Assembly (NCBI GenBank): GCA_038087875.1
Contig: JAXLNO010000051.1
Span: forward strand, 806,001 to 858,925
Direction: 5' to 3'
DNA from: Malacoraja senta
Lineage: Eukaryota
Length of the DNA stretch: 52,925 nucleotides
Shown one piece after another: positions 37,601 through 49,217 of this stretch. The notes under the pieces were generated by a model. It was not told where the DNA came from. It did not search any database and saw only the letters and a program-made list of their open reading frames with translations. The position numbers and the translations under genes are program-made. Position 1 is the first letter of the stretch; every line of letters starts with the position of its first letter.

Positions 37601-40600
37601 GTGTGCTGAATTTTCGTTGCTTTTTGCGTGCTTCATTTTCATCACTTTTCGCATACTGGTTCGTTGCTTTTACCATGCTAAATTTTCGTAGCTTTTCCCT
37701 AGCTTCATTTTCATCGCTTTTCGCATCCTTGTTTTGTCGCCTGAATTTACGTCGCTTTTCGTGTGCTGAATTTTCGTCTCTTTACGCGTGCTTCATTTTC
37801 ATCACTTTTCGTATACTGAAAGTTCGTCGCTTTTCACGTGCTGCATTTTCGTCACTTTTCGCATGCTGAATATTCGTCGCTTTTCGTGTGCAGAATTTTT
37901 GTCGCTTTTCGCAAGCTGAATTTTCAGCACTTTTCCCATGCTTCATTTTCATCGCTTTTCGTGTCCTGAAGGTTCGTCACTTTTCGCGTGCTGAATTTTT
38001 GTCACTCATTGAATGCTGAATTTTCATCGCCTTTCGCGTGCTTCATTTTCATCACTTTTCGCATCCTGAAGTTTCGTCACTTATCGTGTCCTGAATTTAC
38101 TTTGCTTTTCGTGTGCTGAATTTCCGTCGCTATTCGCGTGCTTCATTTTCATCGCTTTTTGCATCCTGAAGGTTCGTCGCTTTTACCATGCTAAATTTTC
38201 ATCGTTTTTCCCGTGCTTCATTTTCGTCGCTTTTCACGTGCTGGTTCATCATTTTTGACGTGCTGAATTTTCATCGCTTTTCGCTGGCTGAATTTTCGGC
38301 ACTTTTTATGTACTGAAATTTTGTCACTTTGCACGTGCTGAGATTTGCGTCGCTTTATGTGTCCCGATGTTTTGTTGCTTTTCACGTCCTGAATTTACGT
38401 TGATTTTTGTGTGCTGAATTTTCAGCGCTTTCCCATGCTTCATTTTCATCGCTTTTCGTGTCCTGAAGGTTCGTCACTTTTTGCGTGCTGAATTTTTGTC
38501 ACTTTTTGAATGCTGAATTTTCATCGCCTTTCGCTTGCTTCATTTTCATTGTCTTTCGCGTGCTTCATTTTCATCACTTTTCGCGTCCTGAAGTTTCGTC
38601 GCTTATCGTGTCCTGAATTTACTTCACTTTTCGTGTCCTGAATTTTCGTCGCTTTTCGCGTGCTTCATTTTCATCACTTTTTGCATACTGAAGGTTCGTC
38701 GCTTTTCCTATGCTAAATTTTCATCGCTTTTCCCGTGCTTCATTTTCATCGCTTTTCGCATCCTGAAGTTTCGTCGCTTTTCGTGTCCTGAATTTACGTC
38801 GCTTATCACGTGCTGTATTTTCGTCACTTTTCGCGTGCTGAAAGCTCGTCACTTTTCATGTGCTGAATTTTTATTGCTTTGCGCAGGCTGATTTTTCGTC
38901 GATTTTCCTGTGCTCCATTTTCATCACTTTTCGCGTCCTTGAAGGCTCATCACTTTTCGCGTGCTGAATTTTTGTCACTTTTCTCATGCTGAATTTTCGT
39001 CGCCTTTCACATGCTTCATTTTCATCACTTTTCGAGTGCTTCATTTTAATCACTTTTCGCATACTGAAGGTTCGTCGCTTTTAGCATGCTAAATTTTCGT
39101 CGCTTTTCCCTTGCTTCATTTACATCACTTTTCGTGTGCTTCATTTTCATCACTTTTCGCATCCTGAAGGTTCGTCGCTTTTTACATGCTGAATTTTCGT
39201 CCATTTTCGCATGCTGAATTTTCGTCGCTTTTCGTGTGCTGAATTTTTGTCGCTTTTCTCGTTCAGAAATGTCGTCACTTTTCGCGTGCTGAATTTCTGT
39301 CGCTTTTCACGTGCTGGTTCATCATTTTTGATGTGCTGAATTTTCATCGCCTTTCGCTGGCTGAATTTACGTCGCTTTTCATGTGCTGAAATTTTGTCGC
39401 TTTGCACGTGCTGAGATTTGAGTCGCTTTATGTGTCCCGATGTTTTGTTGCTTTTCGCGTCCTGAATTTACGTTGATTTTTGTGTGCTGAATTTTCATCA
39501 CTTTTTGCATGCTGTATTTTTTTAGATTTTCGCATGCTAAATTTTCGTCACTTTTCGCGTGCTGAATTTTCGTCGCTTTTCACGTTCTGAAATGTCATCA
39601 CTTTTTGCATGCAGAATTTTCGTCGCTTGTTGCGTGATGAATTTTTGTCACTTTTCGTGTGTTGAATTTTCGTCGCTTTTTGCATCCTGAAGATTCGTCG
39701 CATTTCACCTGCTGAATTTCCCTCACTTTTTGCGTGATGAATTTTCGTCGCTTTTACCATGCTAAATTTTCATCGCTTTTCCCGTGCTTCATTTTCATCG
39801 CTTTTCGCATCCTGAAGTTTTGTCGCTTTTCGCATCCTGAATTTACGTCGCTTTTAGCATGCTAAATTTTCGTCACTTTTCCCGTGCTTCATTTTCATCG
39901 CTTTCGCATCCTGACGGTTCATCGCTTTTCACGTGCTGTATTTTCATCACTTTTCGCATGCTGAATATTCGTCGCTTTTCACATGCTGAATTTTCATCGC
40001 CTTTCGCTGCTTCATTTTCATCACTTTTTGTGTCCTGAAGTTTCGTCGCTTTTTGCATGATAAAGTTTCGTCGCTTTTCGTGTCCTGACTTTACGTCGCT
40101 TTTCGTTTGCTGAATTTTCGGCGCTTTTCGCGTGGTTCATTTTCATCACTTTTCGCATACTGAAAGTCCGTCGCGTTTAGCATGCTAAATTTTCGTCACT
40201 TTTCTCGTGCTTCATTTTCATCGTTTTCTTATCCTGAAGGTTCGTCGCTTTTCACGTGCTGTATTTTCGTCACTTTTCGCATGCTGAACTTTCGTCGCTT
40301 TTCGAATGCTTCATTTTTTTTGCCTTTCGCGTGCTTTATTTTCATCACTTTTTGCGTCCTGGTTTCGTCGCTTTTCGCATGCTGAAGTTTTGTCGCTTTT
40401 CGCTTCCTGAATTTTCGTCGCTTTTCGCATCCTGAAGATTTGTTGCATTTCGCCTGCTGAATTTTCCTCACTTTTCGTCGATTTTGTCGCTTTGCACGTG
40501 CTGAGATTTTCGTCGGTTTATGTCCCGATGTTTTGTTGCTTTTCGTGTCCTGATTTTACGTCACTCTTCGCATGCTGAAATTTTGTCGTTTTTCGCGTGC

Positions 40601-43600
40601 TGAATTTTCGGCGCTTTTCGCTTCCTGAAGATCCGTCGCATTTCGCCTGCTGAATTTTCCTCACTTTTCGCTCTGAATTTTCATCGATTTTTGTGTCCTG
40701 AAATTTCGTCGCTTTTCACATCCTGAATTCTTGTCACTTTTCGCCTTATGCCCCTGAATTTACGTTGTTTTTTGTGTGTGAATTTTCATCACTTTTCATG
40801 TGCTGAATTTTTATCACTTTGCGCAGGCTGATTTTTCGTCGATTTCCGTGTGCTGAAGTTTCGTCGCTTTTTGCATCATGAATTTACGTCGCTTTTCATG
40901 TGCTGAATTATCGTCGCTTTTCGCGTGTTTCATTTTCATCACTTTTCGCATACTGAAGGTTCGTCACTTTTCGCTTGCTGAATTTTCGTTGCTTTTCGCG
41001 TCCTGAAGGTTCGTCGCTTTCCACATGGTGAAGTTTCGTCATTTTTCGCGTGCTGAATTTTCGTCGCTTTTCACGTTCTGAATGTCCGTCACTTTTCGCG
41101 TGCTGAATTTTCGTCGATTTTCGCAAGCTGAATTTTCATCGCTTTTCCCGTGCTTCATTTTCATTGCTTTTCGCGTCATGAAGGTTCATCACTTTTCGCG
41201 TGCTGAATTTTTGTCACTTTTCGCGTGCTGAATTTTTGTCACTTTTTGCATGCTGAATTTTCGTCGCTTTTCACGTGCTGAATTTTTGTCGAATTTCGCA
41301 TGCTGAATTTTCGCCGCCTTTCGAGTGCTTCATTTTCATCGCCTTTCGCGTGCTTGATTTTCATCACTTTTCGCATCCTGAAGTTTCGTCGCTTTTCGCA
41401 TGCTGAAGTTTCGTCACTTTTCGCGTCCTGAATTTTCGTCGCTTTTCGCATCCTGAAGATTCGTTGCATTTTGCCTGCTGAATTTTCCTCACTTTTCGTC
41501 AATTTTGACGCTTTGCACATGCTGAGATTTTCGTCGGTTTATGTCCCGATGCTTTGTAGCTTTTCGCGTCCTGATTTTATGTCACTTTTCGCGTCCTGAA
41601 TTTTTGTCGTTTTTGGCATGCTGAATTTTCGTCGCTTTTCGCTTCCTGAAGATTCGTCGCAATTCGCCTGCTGAATTTTCCTCACTTTTCGCGTGCTGAA
41701 TTTTCATCGATTTTTGTGTCCTGAAAGCTTGTCACTTTTCATGTGCTGAATTTTCATCACTTTTCGCGTCCTGAAGTTTCGTCGCTTATCGTGTCCTGAA
41801 TTTACTTTGCTTTTCGTGTGCTGAATTTTCGTCGCTTTTCGCGTGCTTCATTTTCATCACTTTTCGCATACTGAAGGTTCGTCGCTTTTACCATGCTAAA
41901 TATTCATCGCTTTTCCCGTGCTTCTTTTTCATCGCTTTTCGCATCCTGAAGTTTCGTCGCTTTTCGCGTCCTGAATTTACGTCGCTTTTCGTGTGCTGAA
42001 TTTTCGTCACTTTTCGCGTGCTTCATTTTGTCACTTTTCGCATACTGAAGGTTCGTCGCTTTTAGCATGCTAAATTTTCGTCGCTTTTCCCGTGCTTCAT
42101 TTTCATCGCTTTCGCATCCTGAAGGTTCGTCGCTTTTCACGTGCTGTATTTTCATCACTTTTCGCATGCTGAATATTCGTCGCTTTTCACATGCTGAATT
42201 TTCATCGTCTTTCGCTGCTTCATTTTCATCACTTTATGTGTCCTGAAATTTCATCGCTTTTTGCATGCTGAAGTTTCGTCGCTTTTCGTGTCCTGACTTT
42301 ACGTCGCTTTTCGTGTGCTGAATTTTCATTGCTTTTTGCGTGCTTCATTTTCATCACTTTTCGCATACTGAAAGTCCGTCGCGTTTAGCATGCTATATTT
42401 TCGTTGCTTTTCTCGTGCTTCATTTTCATCGTTTTCTTAGCCTGAAGGTTCGTCGCTTTTCACGTGCTGTATTTTCGTCACTTTTCGCATGCTGAATATT
42501 CGTCGCTTATCGCATGCTGAATTTTTGTCGCTTTTCGCAAGCTGAATTTTCATCGCTTTTCCCGTGCTTGATTTTCATCGCTTTTCGTGTCCTGAAGGTT
42601 CGTCACTCTTCGCGTGCTGAAGTTTCGTCGCTTTTCGAATGCTGAATTTTCGTCGCCTTTCGCGTGCTTCATTTTCATCGCCTTTCGCGTGCTTTATTTT
42701 CATCACTTTTCGCGTCCTGAAGTTTCGTCGCTTTTCGCATGCTGAAGTTTCGTCACTTTTCGTGTCCTGAATATTCGTCGCTTTTCGCATCCTGAAGATT
42801 CGTTGCATTTTGCCTGCTGAATTTTCCTCACTTTTCGTCAATTTTGACGCTTTGCGCGTGCTGAGATTTTCGTCGGTTTATGTCCCGATGTTTTGTTGCT
42901 TTTCGCGTCCTGATTTTATGTCACTTTTCGTGTGCTGAATTTTCGTCACTTTTCGCGTGCTTCATTTTGTCACTTTTCGCATACTGAAGGTTCGTCGCTT
43001 TTAGCATGCTAAATTTTCGTCGCTTTTCCCGTGCTTCATTTTCATCGCTTTCGCATCCTGAAGGTTCGTCGCTTTTCACGTGCTGTATTTTCATCACTTT
43101 TCGCATGCTGAATATTCGTCGCTTTTCACATGCTGAATTTTCATCGCCTTTCGCTGCTTCATTTTCATCACTTTTTGTGTCCTGAAATTTCGTCGCTTTT
43201 TGAATGCTGAAGTTTCGTCGCTTTTCGTGTCCTGACTTTACGTCGCTTTTCGTGTGCTGAATTTTCATTGCTTTTCGCGTGCTTCATTTTCATCACTTTT
43301 CGCATAGTGAAAGTCCGTCGTGTTTAGCATGCAAAATTTTCGTTGCTTTTCTCGTGCTTCATTTTCATCGTTTTCTTAGCCTGAAGGTTCATCGCTTTTC
43401 ACGTGCTGTATTTTCGTCACTTTTCGCATGCTGAATATTCGTTGCTTATCGCATGCTGAATTTTTGTCGCTTTTCGCAAGCTGAATTTTCATCGCTTTTC
43501 ACGTGCTTGATTTTCATCGCTTTTCGTGTCCTGAATGTTCGTCACTCTTCGCATGCTGAAGTTTCGTCGCTTTTCGAATGCTGAATTTTCGTCGCCTTTT

Positions 43601-45460
43601 GCGTGCTTCATTTTCATCGCCTTTCGCGTGCTTTATTTTCATCACTTTTCGCGTCCTGAAGTTTCGTCGCTTTTCGCATCCTGAAGATTCGTTGCATTTT
43701 GCCTGCTGAATTTTCCTCACTTTTCGTCAATTTTGACGCTTTGCACGTGCTGAGATTTTCGTCGGTTTATGTCCCGATGCTTTGTAGCTTTTCGCGTCCT
43801 GATTTTATGTCACTTTTCGCGTCTTGAATTTTTGTCGTTTTTCGCATGCTGAATTTTCGTCGCTTTTCGCTTCCTGAAGATTCGTCGCAATTCGCCTGCT
43901 GAATTTTCCTCACTTTTCGCGTGCTGAATTTTCATTGATTTTTGTGTCCTGAAAGCTCGTCACTTTTCATGTGCTGAATTTTTATCGCTTTGCGCAGGCT
44001 GTTTTTTCGTCAATTTTTGTGTGCTGAAATTTCGTCGCTTTTCACGTCCTGAATTTTTGTCACTTTTCGCCTTATGCCCCTGAATTTACGTTGCTTTTTG
44101 TGTGCTGAATTTTCGTCACTTTTCGCATACTGAATGTCCGTCACGTTTAGCATGCAAAATTTTCGTTGCTTTTCTCGTGCTTCATTTTCATCGTTTTCTT
44201 AGCCTGAAGGTTCATAGCTTTTCACGTGCTGTATTTTCGTCACTTTTCGCATGCTGAATATTCATCGCTTATCGCATGCTGAATTTTTGTCGCTTTTCGC
44301 AAGCTGAATTTTCATCGCTTTTCCCGTGCTTGATTTTCATCGCTTTTCGTGTCCTGAAGGTTCGTCACTCTTCGCGTGCTGAAGTTTCGTCGCTTTTCGA
44401 ATGCTGAATTTTCGTCGCCTTTCGCGTGCTTCATTTTCATCACCTTTCACGTGCTTTATTTTCATCACTTTTCGCGTCCTGTAGTTTCGTCGCTTTTCGC
44501 ATGCTGAAGTTTCGTCACTTTTCGCGTCCTGAATTTTCGTCGCTTTTCGCATCCTGAAGATTCGTTGCATTTTGCCTGCTGAATTTTCGTCACGTTTCGT
44601 CAATTTTGACGCTTTGCGCGTGCTGAGATTTTCGTCGGTTTATGTCCCGATGTTTTGTTGCTTTTCACGTCCTGATTTTATGTCACTTTTCGTGTGCTGA
44701 ATTTCCGTCACTTTTCACGTGATTCATTTTGTCACTTTTCGCATACTGGTTCGTCGCTTTTAGCATGCTAAATTTTCGTCGCTTTTCCCGTGCTTCATTT
44801 TCATCGCTTTCGCATCCTGAAGGTTCGTCGCTTTTCACGTGCTGTATTTTCATCACTTTTCGCATGCTGAATATTCGTCGCTTTTCACATGCTGAATTTT
44901 CATCGCCTTTCGCTGCTTCATTTTCATCACTTTTTGTGTCCTGAAATTTCGTCACTTTTTGCATGCTGAAGTTTCGTCGCTTTTCGTGTCCTGACTTTAC
45001 GTCGCTTTTCGTGTGCTGAATTTTCATTGCTTTTCGCGTGCTTCATTTTCATCACTTTTCGCATACTGAATGTCCGTCGCGTTTAGCATGCAAAATTTTC
45101 GTTGCTTTTCTCGTGCTTCATTTTCATCGTTTTCTTAGCCTGAAGGTTCATAGCTTTTCACGTGCTGTATTTTCGTCACTTTTCGCATGCTGAATATTCG
45201 TCGCTTATCGCATACTGAATTTTTGTCGCTTTTCGCAAGCTGAATTTTCATCGCTTTTCCCGTGCTTGATTTTCATCACTTTTCATGTCCTGAATGTTCG
45301 TCACTCTTCGCGTGCTGAAGTTTCGTCGCTTTTCGAATGCTGAATTTTCGTCGCCTTTCGCGTGCTTCATTTTCATCGCCTTTCGCGTGCTTTATTTTCA
45401 TCACTTTTCGCGTCCTGAAGTTTCGTCGCATTTCGCATGCTGAAGTTTCGTCACTTTTCG
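34634..45460. repeat. Large tandem block duplication, copy 2 (~10.8 kb)
   Basis: Colinear with 21960-34633, with offsets stepping 12674, 12549, 12102, then 10819/10820. The match ends after TTTCGTCGCATTTCGCATGCTGAAGTTTCGTCACTTTTCG (34601 vs 45421). Confidence 0.95.
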
Positions 45461-46834
45461 CGTCCTGAATTTTTATCGCTTTTCGCATCCTGAAGATTCG
45501 TTGCATTTTGCTTTTCGTCAATTTTGACGCTTTGCGCGTGCTGAGATTTTCGTCGGTTTATGTCCCGATGTTTTGTTGCTTTTCGCGTCCTGATTTTATG
45601 TCACTTTTCGCGTCCTGAATTTTTGTCGTTTTTATGCGTGCTGAATTTTCGTCGCTTTTCGCTTCCTGAAAATTCGTCGCAATTCGCCTGCTGAATTTTC
45701 CTCACTTTTCACGTGCTGAATTTTCATCGATTTTTGTGTCCTGAAAGCTCGTCACTTTTCATGTGCTGAATTTTTATCACTTTGCGCAGGCTGATTTTTC
45801 GTCAATTTTTGTGTGCTGAAATTTCGTCGCATTTTACGTCCTGAATTTTTGTCACTTTTCGCCTTATGCCCCTGAATTTACGTTGCTTTTCGTGTGCGAA
45901 TTTTCATCGCTTTTTGCGTGCTGAATTTTCATCGATTTTCGCATCCTGAAGATTCGTCGCATTTCGCCTGCTGAATTTTCCTCACTTTTCGCGTGCTGAA
46001 TTTTCGTTGATTTTCGTGTCCTGAGAGCTTGTCACTTTTCATGTGCTGAATTTTTATCGCTTTGCGCAGGCTGATTTTTCGTCGATTTTCATGTGCTGAA
46101 GTTTCGTCGCTTTTTGTATCTTGAATTTACGTCGCTTTTCATGTGCTGAATTATCGTCGCTTTTCGCGTGTTTCATTTTCATCACTTTTCGCTTACTGAA
46201 GGTTCGTCGGTTTTCGCATGATGAATTTTCGTCGCTTTTCCAGTGCTTCATTTTCATCGCTTTTCCCGTCCTGAAGGTTCGTCGCTTTTCGCATGCTGAA
46301 TTTTCGTCGATTTTCGCATGCTGAATTTTCGTCACTATTCGCTTGCTGAATTTTCATCGCTTTTCACGTTCTGAAATTTCGTCACTTTTCGCGTGCTGAA
46401 TTTTCATCGCTTTTCGCGTCCTGAAGGTTCATCACTTTTGTCGTGCTGAATTTTCATAGCTTTTCGCAGGCTGAGTTTTCGTCGCTTTTCATGTGCTGAA
46501 GTTTCGTCGCTTTTCGCATGCTGAAGTTTCGTCGCTTTTCGCGACCTGAATTTACGTCACTTTTTGTGTGCTGAATTTTCGTCTCTTTTCGCATGCTGAA
46601 TTTTCGTCACTTTTCGCGTGCTGAATTATCGTCGCTTTTCGCATGTTTCATTTTCATCACTTTTCGCATACTGAAGGTTCGTCACTTTTCGCGTGCTGAA
46701 TTTTCGTTGCTTTTCACGTTCTGAAATTTCGTCACTTTTCGCATGCTGAATTTTCGTCGCTTTTCGTAAGCTGCATTTTCATCGCTTTTCGCGTCCTGAA
46801 TTTTCGTCGCTTTTCGCATCCTGAAGCTTTTCGC

Positions 46835-46861
46835 ATTCAGCAGGCATTTTTCCTGCTGAAT
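46835..46861. repeat. Perfect 10-bp inverted repeat ATTCAGCAGG-N7-CCTGCTGAAT
   Basis: 46835-46844 is the exact reverse complement of 46852-46861. It is the only clearly reverse-oriented monomer fragment I saw in the array. Confidence 0.9.
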
Positions 46862-49217
46862 TTTCCTCACTTTTCGTCGATTTTGTCGCTTTGCACGTGC
46901 TGAGATTTTCGTCGGTTTTTGTCCCGATGTTTTGTTGCTTTTCGCGTCCTGATTTTACGTCACTTTTCGCATGCTGAATTTTTGTCGTATTTCGCGTGCT
47001 GAATTTTCGTCGCTTTTCGCTTCCAGAAGATTCGTCGCATTTCACCTGCTGAATTTTCCTCACTTTTCGCGTGATGAATTTTCATCGATTTTTTGCATGC
47101 TGTATTTTTGTAGATTTTCGCATGCTGAATTTTCGACACTTTTCGCGTGCTGAAAGCTCGTCACTTTTCATGTGCTGAATTTTTATCGCTTTGCGCAGGC
47201 TGATTTTTTGTCGATTTTCCCGTGCTTCATTTTCATCACTTTTCGCGTGCTTCATTTTCATCACTTTTCGCATACTGAAGGTTCGTCGCTTTTAGCATGC
47301 TAAATTTTCGTAGCTTTCCCCATGCTTCATTTTCATCGCTTTTCGCATCCTGAAGGTTCGTCGCTTTTTACATGCAGAATTTTCGTCGATATTCGCATGC
47401 TGAATTTTCGTCGCTTTTCACGTGCTGAAGGTTCATCATTTTTGACGTGCTGAATTTTCATCGCCTTTCGCTGGCTGAATTTTCGTCGTTCATGTGCTGA
47501 AATTTTGTCGCTTTGCACGTGCTGAGATTTGCGTCGCTTTATGTCCCGATGTTTTGTTGCTTTTCGTGTCCTGAATTTACGTTGATTTTTGTGTGCCGAA
47601 TTTTCATCGCTTTTTGCATGCTGTATGTTCAGCGCTTTTGTGTGCTTCTTCATCGCTTTTCGTGTCCTGAAGGTTCGTCACTTTTCGCGTGCTGAATTTT
47701 TGTCACTTTTCGAATGCTGAATTTTCATCGCCTTTCACGTGCTTCATTTTCATTGCCTTTCGCGTGCTTCATTTTCATCACTTTTCGCGTCCTGAAGTTT
47801 CATCGCTTATCGTGTGCTGAATTTACTTTGCTTCGTGTGCTGATTTTCGTCGCATTTCGCGTGCTTCATTTTCATCACTTTTCGCATACTGGAGGTTCGT
47901 CGCTTTTACCATGCTAAATTTTCATCGCTTTTCCCGTGCTTCATTTTCATCGCTTTTCGCATCCTGAAGTTTCGTCGCTTTTCGCGTCCTGAATTTACGT
48001 CGCTTTTCATTTGCTGAATTTTCGTCACTTTTCGCGTGCTTCATTTTGGCTTATTTCGCATACTGAAGGTTTGTCGCTTCTAGCATGCTAAATTTTCGTC
48101 ACTTTTCCCGTGCTTCATTTTCATCACTTTCGCATCCTGAAGGTTCGTCGCTTTTCACGTGCTGTATTTTCATCACTTTTCGCATGCTGAATCTTCGTCA
48201 CTTTTCACATGCTGAAAATTCGTCGCCTTTCGTGTCCTGACTTTACGTCGCTTTTCGTGTGCTGAATTTTCATTGCATTTCGCGTGCTTCATTTTCATCA
48301 CTTTTCGCATACTGGAGGTTCGTCGCTTTTACCATGCTAAATTTTCATCGCTTTTCCCGTGCTTCATTTTCATCACTTTTCGCACACTGAACATGCGTTT
48401 AACATGCTAAATTTTTGTCGCTTATCTCGTGCTTCATTTTCATTGTTTTCTTAGCCCGAAGGTTCGTCGCTTTTCACGTGCTGTATTTTCGTCGCTTTTC
48501 GCAAGCTGAATTTTCATCGCTTTACCCGTGCTTGATTTTCATCGCTTTTCGTGTCCTGAAGGTTCGTCACTCTTCGCGTGCTGAAGTTTCATCGCTTTGC
48601 GAATGCTGAATTTTCGTCGTCTTTCGCGTGCTTCATTTTCATCGCCTTTCGCGTGCTTTATTTTCATCACTTTTCACGTCCTGAAGTTTCGTCGCTTTTC
48701 GCATGCTGAAGTTTCGTCACTTTTCGTGTCCTGAATTTTCGTCGCTTTTTGCATCCTGAAGATTCGTTGCATTTAGCCTGCTGAATTTTCCTCACTTTTC
48801 GTCGATTTTGTCGCTTTGCACGTGCTGAGATTTTCGTCGGTTTATGGCCCGATGTTTTGTTGCTTTTTGCGTCCTGATTTTACGTCACTTTTCACGTGCT
48901 GAATTTTTGTTGTTTTTAGCGTGCTGAATTTTCGTCGCTTTTCGCTTCCTGAAGATTTGTCGCAATTCGCCTGCTGAATTTTCCTCACTTTTCGCGTGCT
49001 GAATTTTCATCGATTTTTGTCCTGAAAGCTCGTCACTTTTCATGTGCTGAATTTTTATCGCTTTTCGCAGGCAGATTTCTCGTCGATTTTTGTGTGCTGA
49101 AATGTCGTCGCTATTCACGTCCTGAATTTTTGTCACTTTTCGCCTTATGCCCCTGAATTTACGTTGCTTTTTGTGTGCGAATTTTCATAGCTTTTTGCGT
49201 GCTGAATTTTCATCGAT

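Noticed and set aside
4707..48609. F/S/R-rich plus-strand ORFs that look hydrophobic or membrane-like
   Set aside because: A product of the T-rich strand of the same repeat. They occur only where the TGA in GCTGAA is mutated or out of frame.
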